A stretch of 61,869 bases of DNA, filler included, from Choristocarpus tenellus KU-1152 (taxonomy: Eukaryota > Protista > Phaeophyceae), in NCBI GenBank assembly GCA_964200185.2. It is 11 parts of 11 records of this genome, joined end to end, with 100 filler letters (N's around TTAATTAATTAA, not from the genome) between each part and the next. Parts side by side here need not be neighbours in the genome. Positions count along the whole stretch, not along the records: positions 59,247 to 61,869 come from CAXNAD020026192.1; 10 more parts are not named here. One strand, written 5' to 3'. Shown here one piece after another: positions 60,842-61,869 of the stretch (position 1 is its first letter; each line of letters begins with the position of its first letter). A program made the translations under genes and the position numbers. The notes under the pieces were generated by a model, which worked only from the letters and a program-made list of their open reading frames with translations, ran no database searches and was not told the DNA's origin.

Positions 60842-61869
60842 GTAAGTGAACAAGTCTTTCGGTCGCAAGCACTGCTCACCATCATGGGTGCTCATAGACG
60901 GTAACCCTTGCCTCACTTCCAGTCGTAAGGCATGGGCGCACCACGTACACCAAGCCTCTTTCCTTGAACGAATCAGACATTACCCAATCTTAAATTGTCG
61001 TTTCAATCTCAACAGAACTTCACACCTCTCACGCCCCAATGACTAGACCTAGCCAATAGCCCCTTGCCTCTGTATGCTGTCAAAGAATGCAACACTAACG
61101 AGCCACTGCTGTAGTACTGCTTGCACACAACTGGATTTCTTTTGCTCCTTCAGGTGTGTGTCCCCGCTCTATTGCCGTTCCTGCTTGAAAAATATTTTTT
61201 TAGAGAAGTCCCTAACTCTAGCGGCAGCAAGAGCGTGGCTCGAAACATTGTATGGTATGGACGGCATGGACAGATAAAAAAAACTAAATCTTTCCTTCTC
61301 ACATTTTCTTTTACCCCAACGTAGGATATTCTGCATGAACAAAGTCGAAATAAAGGGGTGGCGGGAGGTTGCCTGGAAACACCTCTTCTTTGCCGTCTCA
61401 TTTTGCACCACAGAAAACCGTTGTTGATTGTGCAAAACTTGAAATGTGTAAGCCCTCACCTTGAAATTGTTAGTAAGTGCTCAGTAGAAAGTACTTCAAA
61501 GAGGCTCCTCTCGTCATGAGTACATGACCTATTTTGTATACTTGTGTCAGCACAAACAACGTGAGGATAACACTAGGTTATTCTACAACTGGCACCCACC
61601 AGGGCATCAGGCGCGAGGTGTCCGTACGGTTTTAGTGCATGTCAACATGATGTGTGACTGTACGTTTATAACATGGGGTATTTTTATCTGTTCATGGTCT
61701 GCTTTGCTGAAAGGCTGCCGGTAAGGGAAGGATCTTGACTCGACATTCAGAAATTGATGATTGCGGGTGATTTCATGTCTTCAATAGTCAATTGAAAAGA
61801 GGGGCTGCTTGCACCGTACGCATGAAGGAGTGTGCGGTCAATGTTGTTGCCTCCTGCGGGGGGGGAGGG

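Overview
This is eukaryotic, intron-rich, transposon-dense DNA, most likely from a brown alga (Phaeophyceae). The evidence is EsV-1-7 repeats, algal-type RTE/Copia/mariner elements and TTAGGG-type repeats. It is not one contiguous locus: ten artificial 100-bp linkers (N44-TTAATTAATTAA-N44, stop codons in all six frames) join 11 contigs, and genes are cut off at the contig edges. Host gene pieces I can support are: a SMYD (SET+MYND) protein (11183-16047, +) whose catalytic Tyr appears replaced by Thr; a PTPDC1-like phosphatase (42362-48260, +); the first coding exon of an FAD-dependent oxidoreductase (36841-36892, -); and the first exon of a secreted histidine acid phosphatase (60626-60841, +). 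The rest is decayed mobile DNA: CRE-clade non-LTR fragments, an RTE LINE, a Copia element, two plant-type mariner copies, two related MITE families with 3-bp TSDs, an EsV-1-7 repeat pseudogene and a modular hairpin-rich repeat. I found no rRNA, tRNA or CRISPR array, and no clear-cut novel system. The best leads are the possible pseudo-methyltransferase SMYD, the CRE fragments sitting next to a short repeat, and the hairpin modules with a compensatory change.
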